Of a stretch of 64,000 nucleotides of DNA, positions 21,661 to 31,648 are shown one piece after another. The first letter of the stretch is position 1. The number at the start of each line of letters is the position of its first letter. The stretch is from a virus (lineage: Duplodnaviria; Caudoviricetes): IMG/VR virus record IMGVR_UViG_3300029288_007050, positions 65,157-129,156 of that record. One strand, written 5' to 3'. The position numbers and the translations under genes were made by a program. The notes below the pieces were generated by a model. It did not search any database. It was not told the DNA's origin and saw only the letters and a program-made list of their open reading frames with translations.

Positions 21661-21999
21661 TTAACGATTATCACCGTTTCCTTGAATTTTATTACGTTCT
21701 AATCGAGAGAATAATTTAATTAAATTTTCATTAGCGATATCTTCTAAGTCAAAATCTAACTCTGTTGCTAATTGCGAAAGATACCAAAGCACGTCGCCAA
21801 TTTCTTTCTTCATTGCTTCTCGATCTTCTTCAGTCATTATTCCGTTTTTATCTCTAATCACTTTTTTAGCTTTCTCTGCTATTTCACCAGCTTCACCGCA
21901 CACACCAAGAAATAAATACTCGAGGCTTCTACCAGGTGGAAATATAGCTGTTTTTATAGATTCTTTCTGGTATTCTTTGAACGTTTTTATTTTTTCCAT
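21661..21999 (-). CDS. MazG-like NTP pyrophosphohydrolase
   Basis: GEAGEIAEK, KEIGDVLWY, NLIKL..R. Confidence 0.9.
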   Translation of the reverse strand: MEKIKTFKEYQKESIKTAIFPPGRSLEYLFLGVCGEAGEIAEKAKKVIRDKNGIMTEEDREAMKKEIGDVLWYLSQLATELDFDLEDIANENLIKLFSRLERNKIQGNGDNR

Positions 22000-22295
22000 T
22001 TTTTTAACATTAAATGTTTTTTAAAACCGCATGTGCATTTTTTCACTTTAGTTTTTCCTTTCGAGTCTATCTCATCTTCATAAACGCTTATATATTCTCT
22101 GCATTTTGGGCATCTGGCAAAAGCTATTCTTGTTCTCCCTTCGATGATTTCAATATACTGCCCCTTACATACGATATATTCAGACGTTTCAAACGGTGTC
22201 AAATCAATAAGAGATGCTTCTTCTCGTTGAAGTTTTTCAGTGAAAACTTCGTTTTTCTTATTTATTTCTAATTGTTTTTCAATTGATATAGACAT
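21987..22295 (-). CDS. Zn-ribbon hypothetical protein
   Basis: CPKC...CTC. Confidence 0.6.
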   Translation of the reverse strand: MSISIEKQLEINKKNEVFTEKLQREEASLIDLTPFETSEYIVCKGQYIEIIEGRTRIAFARCPKCREYISVYEDEIDSKGKTKVKKCTCGFKKHLMLKKWKK

Positions 22296-23253
22296 CGTCC
22301 CAAGGATATTTACTTTCTGAATGTTTAGTAATATGCAAAAGATTCTCGACTAAAGGTTTTGCATCGAAATATTTTAATACGAATTCCTGACCGTTTTTCG
22401 CAATCTGTTTTCTCTCATCATCGTGTTTCAAGTAATATTCTATTTTTTCTTCCATTTCTTCAATGTCTTGAAACCAATCTAAATGATAACCTCTTTTGAA
22501 AACCTCATCGATATTACCAAAATCATGACATAGATAGAAAGTGCCGCACGCCATATAATTACCAAGTCTGTCTGAAGACGATTTGACGGTATGATCAAAA
22601 CTATTGACACCGATTCCTATCTTTGCTCCATTGATAGCATACAAATAATCTGGATCGCCTAACCAAGTAGACAAACCAAATACCTTAGCATTAGGATATT
22701 TCAAAAGTCTATCGATAGTTTGATTTCTAAGTATATTATTTCCTACAGATCTTCTACCTGTCCAGAGTATGTCAGTCTTCCATTCTTCTGGTGTGTCTAC
22801 ATGATGATAGAAAGAAGAATCTGTAAAAGCAATTATAGATCCGACTCCCTTCATCGAAGGAAGCAAATGTTTTTTCAAATATTCCCCACCAAAAGTACCA
22901 AAAAACCAATCTACGTATTTGTTGTGTTCAATATCGTGTGTAGTCGGTTCTGTTCTTATGTCTGCAGCCCACTTAATAAAAATAGCGTCAGGGAATACCT
23001 GACGCAAGATAGATAAAGTAATGGGTAATATTCTTTCAGCTTTACCAAACCATACGACGTTTGGTTTTTGTTTCATCTCCATTGCTAGTCTAACAAGATC
23101 ATCGTTTGGATCGCGCACCGCGCGGTAATCAAATCTAACAACTTCGTATCCATTCTCTTCTAAACCTTTTGCGAAAACATTGTCTCCACAATAGGGAGAC
23201 GCTTGATATATTAATGATGGATTAAATACTCCTATATTAAGAGATTTCTTCAT
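22279..23253 (-). CDS. CgeB-like (GT-B) glycosyltransferase
   Basis: AKIGIG, SDRL..YMACG, IEYYLKHDDERKQIAKNG. Confidence 0.8.
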   Translation of the reverse strand: MKKSLNIGVFNPSLIYQASPYCGDNVFAKGLEENGYEVVRFDYRAVRDPNDDLVRLAMEMKQKPNVVWFGKAERILPITLSILRQVFPDAIFIKWAADIRTEPTTHDIEHNKYVDWFFGTFGGEYLKKHLLPSMKGVGSIIAFTDSSFYHHVDTPEEWKTDILWTGRRSVGNNILRNQTIDRLLKYPNAKVFGLSTWLGDPDYLYAINGAKIGIGVNSFDHTVKSSSDRLGNYMACGTFYLCHDFGNIDEVFKRGYHLDWFQDIEEMEEKIEYYLKHDDERKQIAKNGQEFVLKYFDAKPLVENLLHITKHSESKYPWDDVYIN

Positions 23254-23286
23254 AGGACCTGCTTTAAAAGCATTTATTTTTATATT

Positions 23287-23547
23287 CTATTTTATGTAGA
23301 TGTATGCTACAGCACCAGTTCCTGTCAACGTAACGTATATACCAGTGTTAAACATTTCTCCATACATAGAAGATTCAGTCGAATAATCTTTATCTGTCTT
23401 TGCTTCTCCTTTGTCAGTGCCTGATCCGTCTAGACTATCATTGAGAACGATTGTCGCAGCATCACTGTCTGGTACTAAAGTAAAACCTTGAACAGAGGTG
23501 TGACCAGTGAATGCCAGACCTGTAGCTGTCACTCTAATTGATCTCAT
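23287..23547 (-). CDS. Small beta-rich putative virion protein
   Basis: FNTGIYVTLTG-type C-terminus; located in the late operon. Confidence 0.55.
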   Translation of the reverse strand: MRSIRVTATGLAFTGHTSVQGFTLVPDSDAATIVLNDSLDGSGTDKGEAKTDKDYSTESSMYGEMFNTGIYVTLTGTGAVAYIYIK

Positions 23548-23593
23548 AGTATTTTTATTTTTTCTTTTTTAATGTTTCGACCGCTTAAAAATT

Positions 23594-24235
23594 CTATACT
23601 TTTTTATCTTTTTCAACATGATATTTTTGAACTTGTTTCAAAAAGTCAGATTTACCAATGAGCGGAGCTTCTCCTATATGTTTCATCTCAGAATTAGGAT
23701 CGACAAATATTTTAAATCCAGCTTTCTTTGCTTCTTGACAGAATCTGAAATCAACACTCCAATGTACATTGTCTTTATCATAATTTGTATAGAACCAAGG
23801 GTATTTCATTTTTCGCAACACGTCCATCTTTATCAGAATACCACCTGACCCGACGATGTCTACTTCTTGAAATACTTCGGGCAGAATCGGATAATACTTT
23901 TTGTCTTTCTGATCTTGACGATATACACATGGATGATAATCTGGTCTTCGTTTAAAAGCTAACCCGCCAACGATGTCTACATCATGCTCTAAAAGTTTTA
24001 GAGCAAAATCTGTTTCGAACGTCATATCATCATCGATCATCAGAAAATGAGTATAAGTAGAATCTTTCATTGCTTCCTGGACAAGATTATTTCGTGCAGT
24101 GTCTATCATCGTTTTAACCATCCATATCACTCTAGTATCTGGTAGAAGTTGTAAAGCCATCAGGCTGCTAGCAAATCGCCAATCAACCTGACCCATAGTC
24201 GGGATGCCTATAGCTAATTTCGTATTTTCCAACAT
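23594..24235 (-). CDS. GT2/GT-A-like glycosyltransferase
   Basis: AIGIPT, ARNNLV, MIDDDM, VDIVGSG, VDFRFC. Confidence 0.8.
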   Translation of the reverse strand: MLENTKLAIGIPTMGQVDWRFASSLMALQLLPDTRVIWMVKTMIDTARNNLVQEAMKDSTYTHFLMIDDDMTFETDFALKLLEHDVDIVGGLAFKRRPDYHPCVYRQDQKDKKYYPILPEVFQEVDIVGSGGILIKMDVLRKMKYPWFYTNYDKDNVHWSVDFRFCQEAKKAGFKIFVDPNSEMKHIGEAPLIGKSDFLKQVQKYHVEKDKKV

Positions 24236-24250
24236 AAAATGTTTTTAGTA

Positions 24251-24320
24251 TAATCCCTTCCTTTCCACTTGCTCCGGCACTTTGGGAAAGGTTAGTGCCC
24301 GAACAAGATTTAAAGGATTA
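24251..24320 (-). promoter_or_regulatory. Pseudoknot-forming leader RNA element
   Basis: On the minus strand, stem CTTGTTCGGGCACT/AGTGCCGGAGCAAG; loop CCTTTCC pairs with GGAAAGG immediately 3'; outer TAATCC/GGATTA stem. Confidence 0.6.
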
Positions 24321-24395
24321 TCCTCATTGCTTTAGAGAGTTAATTGCACTCCCCAGGGTGTTAACCCTGTATTAAGTTAACTACAAGCTATGGAC

Positions 24396-25334
24396 TTATA
24401 CGATAGAAGCGTATCCTGTTCTCCAATCTCCCCACAAGATTTCTCCTCTCCAGTCTACACCGAAGTATAGTTTCTTTCTTAGGAAAGAAGATTCAGTTCC
24501 AGAAATCAAGCTTGAAAATCTAGGATCTTGTCTTAACTGTAGAATCATTGGTTTAACTACTCTGTTTGTGTCGAATAAATACCAATTGTCAGAGTCTGTT
24601 AAGTAGTCATTAACCAAAAGATCCAAAGAACCTTTCAAGACGTTAGTAGCAAGTTTAACAGTAGTAGTTCCTTCTTCTGGGTAATATTGAGAATTCAGAA
24701 GTTCCTTTGCTTCCCATTCAAGATCGGTAGGAACAACGAGAAGATTAGGTCTGACATGAGCTGGTTTGCCCTTGTCATTCTTAAATTTCTTCATCGCTGT
24801 AATTGCCGCTTGAAGAGCAGTAGCGCTCAGTGCAGAAGAACCACGGTTTGATTGAGTACCAGATGAACCTTCAGTGTGGTTTGTAGCAAAGAATGCTTTG
24901 CCATCGTAACAAGTCAGTGTAACGCCATCATATATCGTTCCAGCAGTACCAGTTGTGCTAGTACCCTGTCCCATCAATGTGTAAGCCAATTCGTCAAAGA
25001 ATCTCACAGCTTCAGTCGCAAGTTCTTTCACTCGGACTTCGATTTGACCGTACTGTTCGTCTTCGATAGCATTTCTATCAACTGAGATAGAAGCTTCAAA
25101 GTCACGGTTCGCAATCGTAAAGTTGTGTTCAAGCATTGCTTGAGGAATTCTTTCATCTCTCCATTCTTGCATTTTAGGAACAGAACCTAACCAAGGATAA
25201 GTTTCAGAACTCTTCGCAGAAGTGATGACGGTTGCAATTTTCAGATAATCTTTCACTGCAACTTCGTATGAACTCATGAAGTTTGTCTTCATGCCAGCTA
25301 GCAATAACTTAGGTATATCACCTTTTGTAAGCAT
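24396..25334 (-). CDS. Major capsid protein, Mu gpT-like
   Basis: ETYPWLGSVPKMQEW, NRDFEASISVDRNAIEDEQYG, CYDGKAFFATNH, WYLFDT..VKP. Confidence 0.92.
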   Translation of the reverse strand: MLTKGDIPKLLLAGMKTNFMSSYEVAVKDYLKIATVITSAKSSETYPWLGSVPKMQEWRDERIPQAMLEHNFTIANRDFEASISVDRNAIEDEQYGQIEVRVKELATEAVRFFDELAYTLMGQGTSTTGTAGTIYDGVTLTCYDGKAFFATNHTEGSSGTQSNRGSSALSATALQAAITAMKKFKNDKGKPAHVRPNLLVVPTDLEWEAKELLNSQYYPEEGTTTVKLATNVLKGSLDLLVNDYLTDSDNWYLFDTNRVVKPMILQLRQDPRFSSLISGTESSFLRKKLYFGVDWRGEILWGDWRTGYASIV

Positions 25335-25342
25335 TTTCGTTA

Positions 25343-25750
25343 TTAGTTAACTGCAGCGTCAATTTGTAGTTTGATAGTAGATCCGTCAACGATGTCAACA
25401 CAATATCCACAGAAATTGGTATTCGTAGAACTTGTACCAACTGTCTGGTCATCGTGTAAATACATCTTCGCACCAAGGTCGCCAGCAACGGCTGAAGCTT
25501 TCGTGTATTGGAAAACACCTTTCTTGTAAACACGAACTCTTACTGCACCGTCTGTAGAACCACCAGTAGCAGCTTCAGCAGCTACACCTATAAAAGTGTA
25601 AGCAGCAACGCCTGAACCTGGTTGGACGTAACCTGTACCAACGTCAACTAGAAGAGCTCCTTTGTAGATAACAGCATTTGCTAGAACTGGATACGATAGA
25701 ATTTCACCGTCTTGTCGTTTTGCTTCGTAGTTAGCAGATAAAGCAGTCAT
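25343..25750 (-). CDS. Capsid decoration/cement protein
   Basis: IYKGALL, FIGVAAEA, DDQTV; lies between the protease and capsid genes. Confidence 0.75.
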   Translation of the reverse strand: MTALSANYEAKRQDGEILSYPVLANAVIYKGALLVDVGTGYVQPGSGVAAYTFIGVAAEAATGGSTDGAVRVRVYKKGVFQYTKASAVAGDLGAKMYLHDDQTVGTSSTNTNFCGYCVDIVDGSTIKLQIDAAVN

Positions 25751-25780
25751 TTATTTAATTGTTAATGTTTCGAATTTTTA

Positions 25781-28474
25781 CTAAATTAAGCTCGACTTTT
25801 CGTCTTCTTCTTCTTTTTTAAGATCTTTCAAATTCTTCCAAGATTTCGCGATGTCTTCATCTTTTGATATACCCATCTTACCAAAGAATTCTTTAGCATC
25901 GGATGGTACATCTCCTAGATCTGCTGTTTCTTCTTTATCTTCTTTCTTTTCTTCGTCGTCATCGATCGGTACTCCTTCTTCTTCAAAGTCGATAGACGTT
26001 TTTTGTGATTCCATGAAAGTTTTTATGAGTTCGGATACGCCGACCTTGTTGTCTCCTAACTCTAAAACTTTACCTGAAACCATGAGTTTTATAAATGCAT
26101 CTTTTTGAGCTGGTACAATTTTGCCAGCCTTCAGATAGCCTTCATAAACTCTTTCAGCATCAGCAAAGTCGAGTTTTTGCTGATCGTTTTTATCGGACTT
26201 GTCCTCGGCTTCTTCACCCGATGTCGCCTCCGATAATTCTTTTTTAACTTCTTGTTTACAAATTTTTGAAGCTTCTGCCATTGTCTTACCTGCTTTCATT
26301 TCTCTTGACATGCAAGAACGAAAATCTTTTTTCATCAGTTCTTTGAGTTCTTCTTTAGTCAATTCTTTGCATACCAATTTTTCTCCGTCTTTTACGTATT
26401 TTCCTTTCTTCTTGTTAATAGTGCATTCGTCTCCAACTTTATGTTCTTTCTTTTTCTTTTCGATTTCTTCTTCAGTTTCTGCGTCTTTGTCTTCTTCAAC
26501 AGCTTCTTCTTCTTTCTTTTCTTCAACTTCTCCGTTTTCTTTTTCAATCTCTACTTCTTCTTTACTCTCTTCAACTTTTTCTTCTTCAACTTCTTCGTCA
26601 ATTTTTTCTGATTCTTCTTCGATTTGTTTTGTTATTCCTATTTCCTTTTTCAGATTAGCGAATTCTTCTGCGAAAACGTCTGAAGTAATAACAGTGTCTT
26701 CAATTTTTTCTAAGCTATCTTTTAAAGCTTTCATTACGGAGAAAAAGTTTGGTTGTTCATCTTCCAATTGAATAACATTTCTTCCTTCAAATCCTTCTGA
26801 TAAAGTAACGAATCCCCCCATACCTTTAATATATGGCTCAGAAACCAATGCTGTGTGTAGAAGAGTAGGACCGACGAATTTGTTTGAAGTCTTGACTCTG
26901 TAGTTCGGATCTAAGCTAGCTGAAACACATTTAATAAGACCCTTTTTGATCTTATCAACAATTGTTTCATCTTTGATTTCGATTACTGCGTCAAGACCAT
27001 CAGATGTTTTCTGCAATTCAACTACCTCACCAGCGTTTTTCGTTGGATCATTAGTATGAGTGACTGGCACATATACGTGTTCGATAACTGATTTCTTGAA
27101 GTTCTTAATTATGTTATCGATCACATCGTTAGTGACATTCAATACACCACCATCGGCGTCCCAGTGGAACCATTTGCCAAGTTTCAGAACCTGTTTTCTG
27201 AATTTGTTTCCATCACTCAATTCAATCGAATCAAGTGATTTATTCAACTGAAATACTGGTCTTGTATCTGATTCGTCAGCTAAATCATATTTATTGCATT
27301 GACCAGGAATTTCTTCTTTCTCTTCTTCGGGTTCGTCAACCTTAAATTTGTTTCTGCTTATCTTGATCATCTCGATTGCGCTGTCAACTACTTCTTTGTC
27401 TTCACCAGAAAGTTTACCAGAAACGACTTGAAGTTTTTCAATAAGATCTCCTTCTTTTTCAAGATCTTTAATAAGTGAATCTAGATCTTTCTTAACTTCT
27501 TCGACGTTTTCTTTGCTGAGAATAATTTTAAGTTTTTCTAATAAGTCTTTCATGTTTGTTTCGTACTTATTTAAAGTTTCTTCGTTATCTTTTTCGATAT
27601 ATTCGAGTGATTTTCCAAATTCTGGTACTTCTTTATCGAACTGTTTGTAGTGTCTAGCAAGATGAGAGTATATTCCTCGTTTAGCAGAATCTGGCACGTC
27701 TACACCACCTCGAGCACCGTTTAGAACTGCCATCGCTGCAGCTACTCCCTTCCAAACTACTTTGAAAGTGCCATCGACGATATCATGATGAGGTAATTTA
27801 TAAGAACCAAAATTTTTCTTATCACCGCTATCGAACCAAGCGAATGCAGTAGCATATTTCGCCCAATCAATTTTTTCTTTATCTCCCGATTTATCGGAAG
27901 AAGCCCATTTTCGAATCTGATTTACAGCTGAAGTCGAGTCCCATTTCATATTTTCATCTGCTTTCGCAGGACTATGTAATGGAACAACTCCCTTTTCTAT
28001 GTCTAATGTCTTAGCTATCCAGTGGCTAATAGTATATGCCTCTTTATTCGCTGGCACAGATACTAGTGAAACTTCAAATAACTCAATTTTATTAATTTGC
28101 AATATTTGATTTTCACCCTCTATTGGGGTTAGATCAAATGCTCGACCTTTGATTGAGAATTTGTTAATTATGCCTTCTTCTATTTTTTTCCAGATTTCGT
28201 CTTCTTCTTTAGATATGACTACTTTAACTAGAAGACCAACATCATCGACATCAGTTTCAATCACCTTACCAATCGGTCTATCGACATCATGATTAAATAA
28301 AACTGTCGAATATGTTAGCAGATCGTTCTTTGCTCCCTCGAGTGCTTGTCTAGTAATTTGAGTATTGTCAGTATCAACATCAAAACTTGAAGCGTAACCA
28401 ACTACAATCCTGTCTCCTGATTTAACAGAATCTAAAGCTTTGACGATATCTAACTTAAATGTAAAATCATTCAT
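25781..28474 (-). CDS. Prohead protease/scaffold with an HK97-type and a Mu gpI-type protease domain
   Basis: N-terminal GYAS..VLFNHD..PIGK..FSI..LFEVSLVSVPAN; central VPVTH..AGEVV..CVSAS..GPTLLHTALVSEPYIKGM; acidic scaffold C-terminus. Confidence 0.85.
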   Translation of the reverse strand: MNDFTFKLDIVKALDSVKSGDRIVVGYASSFDVDTDNTQITRQALEGAKNDLLTYSTVLFNHDVDRPIGKVIETDVDDVGLLVKVVISKEEDEIWKKIEEGIINKFSIKGRAFDLTPIEGENQILQINKIELFEVSLVSVPANKEAYTISHWIAKTLDIEKGVVPLHSPAKADENMKWDSTSAVNQIRKWASSDKSGDKEKIDWAKYATAFAWFDSGDKKNFGSYKLPHHDIVDGTFKVVWKGVAAAMAVLNGARGGVDVPDSAKRGIYSHLARHYKQFDKEVPEFGKSLEYIEKDNEETLNKYETNMKDLLEKLKIILSKENVEEVKKDLDSLIKDLEKEGDLIEKLQVVSGKLSGEDKEVVDSAIEMIKISRNKFKVDEPEEEKEEIPGQCNKYDLADESDTRPVFQLNKSLDSIELSDGNKFRKQVLKLGKWFHWDADGGVLNVTNDVIDNIIKNFKKSVIEHVYVPVTHTNDPTKNAGEVVELQKTSDGLDAVIEIKDETIVDKIKKGLIKCVSASLDPNYRVKTSNKFVGPTLLHTALVSEPYIKGMGGFVTLSEGFEGRNVIQLEDEQPNFFSVMKALKDSLEKIEDTVITSDVFAEEFANLKKEIGITKQIEEESEKIDEEVEEEKVEESKEEVEIEKENGEVEEKKEEEAVEEDKDAETEEEIEKKKKEHKVGDECTINKKKGKYVKDGEKLVCKELTKEELKELMKKDFRSCMSREMKAGKTMAEASKICKQEVKKELSEATSGEEAEDKSDKNDQQKLDFADAERVYEGYLKAGKIVPAQKDAFIKLMVSGKVLELGDNKVGVSELIKTFMESQKTSIDFEEEGVPIDDDEEKKEDKEETADLGDVPSDAKEFFGKMGISKDEDIAKSWKNLKDLKKEEEDEKSSLI

Positions 28475-28483
28475 GTTAATTAC

Positions 28484-28512
28484 ATTATACTAATTGTTTT
28501 TAGAATTGTAAA
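28484..28512 (-). promoter_or_regulatory. sigma70-like promoter for protease/capsid operon
   Basis: TTTACA-17-TATAAT on the minus strand, ~10 nt before ATG 28474. Confidence 0.7.
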
Positions 28513-28566
28513 ATGTCGACCTTTTAGAATGATTCAATGTCTTTTTTCTTTACTCTAAAATCATTT

Positions 28567-29190
28567 TTATTTTTTAAAACTCTCACAGATTTTCTTAGCT
28601 AGAGACTTTGAAGTGCCTTTTTCTTTCTCTTCGATCATACATAATTTATAAGCAAGACCTGGTGCAGGTTTTCCTTGAAAAGCAGTATTTCCACCTGGTT
28701 TCAATAGTTCGGGAATATCGCTTGAAGTCAAATCTTTCTTTACTATTCTTGGATACTTTTTCTTTTTTAAGACTTCAACGATTTTCTTGTAATATTCTGA
28801 AACTTCTTCCTTAGACCAATCGTCAATTACGTTTTTTACTTTCAATATGTTCCAAAGCATTTTTAAGCAGAAAGCGTCTTTGACGAGATCTTCAACTTTT
28901 TCATTTCTAATGTCAAAGTCAATCATTTGTTTTTTAAATAACAACATTTTTGTCTTATCTACAGCTCCTTCGAATTTGCCTTTATGAGAACTGCAATGCG
29001 AAGATGCTCTGTTTCTGCTCCAGACTTTTTTGTCGTACCTATAACTCTGGACTGCAGATTTTCCCGTAGCTTTCAAAATAGCAGAAATAAAAGTCAAACC
29101 TTTAGTCTTTGTGTGCAAAGTACGAAAAGAACCAGACTTGAAAAGGCTTGGATCTTTTACTCTGCATGTGTGAAAATTTGGAAAAGGCAT
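28567..29190 (-). CDS. Head-region hypothetical protein
   Basis: Likely start MPFPNFHTCRV at 29190; lies between portal and protease. Confidence 0.65.
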   Translation of the reverse strand: MPFPNFHTCRVKDPSLFKSGSFRTLHTKTKGLTFISAILKATGKSAVQSYRYDKKVWSRNRASSHCSSHKGKFEGAVDKTKMLLFKKQMIDFDIRNEKVEDLVKDAFCLKMLWNILKVKNVIDDWSKEEVSEYYKKIVEVLKKKKYPRIVKKDLTSSDIPELLKPGGNTAFQGKPAPGLAYKLCMIEEKEKGTSKSLAKKICESFKK

Positions 29191-29194
29191 GTTT

Positions 29195-30676
29195 TTATTT
29201 TTTGTTAATGTTTTCAATAGCAAAGTCTCTTCCCATCGTTTCAAACTTTTCTAAGAAATACTCGTCATCTTTCAATTCTACTGATTTTTTCTTGATTTTG
29301 TCTTTAACAGATTGAGGAGTTTGTTTAGCCGGTTTTTTCTGTTTATCGTATTCTTTTTTCTTTCCAGACTCGAATGCTTTAAGAGCATCCTTTTCAGTCA
29401 TTTCTTTAATTTCAAGTCCAAGTATTTCTGCAACTTCATTACTTAAATTAGTCATGAAAGAAGGAGTAATAACAGTCGGATCTTTTTTAATGATAGATTC
29501 AAATAGTCTAACAAGAATTCTTTCTGTATCTGTCTTCAAAGGCATTAGTTTTATCTTAGGATAGCTTCCGTTTTTGAAGTTCCAATCGATAAGTGGAGCG
29601 ACTGCCCATTCATTTAAAGTGTCTTCCATTGATTTCATTACAGATTGAAGCATCTGGATAATAAACGTTGACTGAGTCGTATATCCACTACCATAAGTAT
29701 AGTTATAAGTAGACTTCGATCCAAGCTGAGTAGCTTGTGTAAGAGTTGAAAGAGCGATTTGAGAATCATGATGTTCGATGAGTTTTAATACATCATATCC
29801 AGCAGAAGCTCTGTCAACTTCAAGCTCAAATCCCGCTGGCAAAGTTATTCGTGAATTTGCTCCGATCGATTCTACTGCTTCTTCTGCTTTTGAAACTTCT
29901 GTTTCTGAAAAAGGCTTGCCGAGTTTTAGAATTTTAAGACCCACTGCATCGATTTCAGCTTTCTTATGCGCTAAATAATAAAGCTTATGTTTTTTATCAT
30001 AATGATACCAAGCTGTTTTCAATATCGATTCTCCATATAAAGGATGTTTCTCTCTTTGAAAAGTAAATAATAAACTTTTTTCTGGAGGTATATCTACATT
30101 AACCGATTTATTTCCAAACGTAGCTGTTTGATGTGCTCCAAGAAAACCTCCATTTCTATCTGCTCTTAAGCGAATTGTGCTAGCGTCTCTCGGTGCTAGT
30201 TTTTTCCAACCGATTAAACCTTTATGTTTTCCTTCCTTTATAATCTGAGGTACTTTTTCATAAAAACGAAAACCTTCGAAAATCGCTCTAGTCATGTCTG
30301 CTATAATAAATGGTAGAGGAGTAGACATGCCACCGCTATATTGTGGACCCAAAAAAACAGATTCAATAAAATCTCTTTCACCGTTGTCATTTTCGCTTGG
30401 CAATATTTTTATAGGTGCAGATTCAATAGGTAGAGAAAAAAGACGCGTAATAGCTCTGACAGTACCGTCATTATCTTGCATTGTCAAATAATTGTCAATA
30501 GTAAGTTTATCTGGTCTTTCTTCATCTTCGTAAGAACCTATTGTCGCAGAAGTTCTAACACCAAGTTCTTCCATCATTTGTCTGACAGATAGAGCGGGTG
30601 CATTTCTATCTTCTCGATGTGTTCTTTTTTTGGGTTGTGCTTTGAGACGATCTGTTATGAATGAATAAAATGCCAT
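29195..30676 (-). CDS. Portal protein (DUF935/Mu gp29-like)
   Basis: FEGFRFYEK, LAPR, HPLYGESIL, IEHHDSQIA, PLIDWNF; position upstream of the protease. Confidence 0.85.
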   Translation of the reverse strand: MAFYSFITDRLKAQPKKRTHREDRNAPALSVRQMMEELGVRTSATIGSYEDEERPDKLTIDNYLTMQDNDGTVRAITRLFSLPIESAPIKILPSENDNGERDFIESVFLGPQYSGGMSTPLPFIIADMTRAIFEGFRFYEKVPQIIKEGKHKGLIGWKKLAPRDASTIRLRADRNGGFLGAHQTATFGNKSVNVDIPPEKSLLFTFQREKHPLYGESILKTAWYHYDKKHKLYYLAHKKAEIDAVGLKILKLGKPFSETEVSKAEEAVESIGANSRITLPAGFELEVDRASAGYDVLKLIEHHDSQIALSTLTQATQLGSKSTYNYTYGSGYTTQSTFIIQMLQSVMKSMEDTLNEWAVAPLIDWNFKNGSYPKIKLMPLKTDTERILVRLFESIIKKDPTVITPSFMTNLSNEVAEILGLEIKEMTEKDALKAFESGKKKEYDKQKKPAKQTPQSVKDKIKKKSVELKDDEYFLEKFETMGRDFAIENINKK

Positions 30677-30745
30677 GTTGTATTTTTTAATTAAAAGAAT
30701 TCACTAAATAAACTTATTGAAGAAAGAGTTTTGCGTTCTTATTTT

Positions 30746-30774
30746 ATTATATACCATAATATGCTCTTTGTAAA
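30746..30774 (-). promoter_or_regulatory. sigma70-like promoter upstream of portal
   Basis: TTTACA-17-TATAAT on the minus strand. Confidence 0.7.
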
Positions 30775-30857
30775 AAACAAAGAAAAATCTATAGACTCTG
30801 ACAAGTTCTTTTTCAAAGTCTAACGTGTTTTTGTCTTGCGAAATAACTTTGCAAAAA

Positions 30858-30900
30858 ACAGACAAAAAGCTCTCCGAGAAAAGAGCTTTTTTGTCTTGTT
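30858..30900 (-). terminator. Intrinsic terminator-like hairpin
   Basis: GACAAAAAGCTCT/AGAGCTTTTTTGTC inverted repeat downstream of 31014-31319. Confidence 0.55.
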
Positions 30901-31013
30901 CTTTTTCGCAATTGTCTTTTTTCTGGTTTTTTTATTCATGATATTTTACTTTTATTTTCTTCGAAACCAGAAAACTCGGTTCTTGTTTTAGCATTCAGAA
31001 AAATAGAGTAGAT

Positions 31014-31319
31014 CTACTCTTCTGCTTCGTCAGAATCTAACTTGTTGAGAATAGCTTTCTTGACGACAGATTTTATCAATACCTGATAAATAACAGTAGC
31101 ACTACCAAAAATAGCGCCGATGACTGCTAAGCTTTCTGGAGGAAGTAAATTGATCAATATACCTATTCCAGCCAAAGCGAACGATATCGCTAACAAGACA
31201 AGCTGTACGCCTAAGTCTCCCCATCTTGGAGATATAGAATCTTTAATCCATTTCTTTAAAAGACCGATCAAGACGACTGCTATGATCGAAGAACCACCAA
31301 TAAATAGTGAAATATCCAT
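31014..31319 (-). CDS. Holin-like membrane protein (3 hydrophobic segments)
   Basis: Three hydrophobic helices and a charged C-terminus. Confidence 0.55.
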   Translation of the reverse strand: MDISLFIGGSSIIAVVLIGLLKKWIKDSISPRWGDLGVQLVLLAISFALAGIGILINLLPPESLAVIGAIFGSATVIYQVLIKSVVKKAILNKLDSDEAEE

Positions 31320-31331
31320 AGTGTTATTTAG

Positions 31332-31571
31332 TTATTTTTTCTGTTCGACCTTTTTGTCTTTAAAAAATCTCACTTGCACATAAGCTGATATAATAGACAA
31401 GGGAATTATCACAAAAATAATAGCCATCCAAAACGGAGTCTTAGTAATTCTTCCGACCTGAAACATAATAGAGTCTTCAAAGACTCCAAATAAAATAAAG
31501 GGTATAGAAGTTGTGATTATTGCCCGTAGCATTTTTAGTTCTCTTATTATACTATTTGGCAGTTCGTCCAT
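31332..31571 (-). CDS. Small membrane protein
   Basis: Two hydrophobic segments. Confidence 0.55.
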   Translation of the reverse strand: MDELPNSIIRELKMLRAIITTSIPFILFGVFEDSIMFQVGRITKTPFWMAIIFVIIPLSIISAYVQVRFFKDKKVEQKK

Positions 31572-31648
31572 AAATTTTAAAAAATATGATTTGAAGAAAA
31601 TAATAGTTTGTTAAAAACAGCAGTCAAAATCTATGTCTCAGTTATTGT

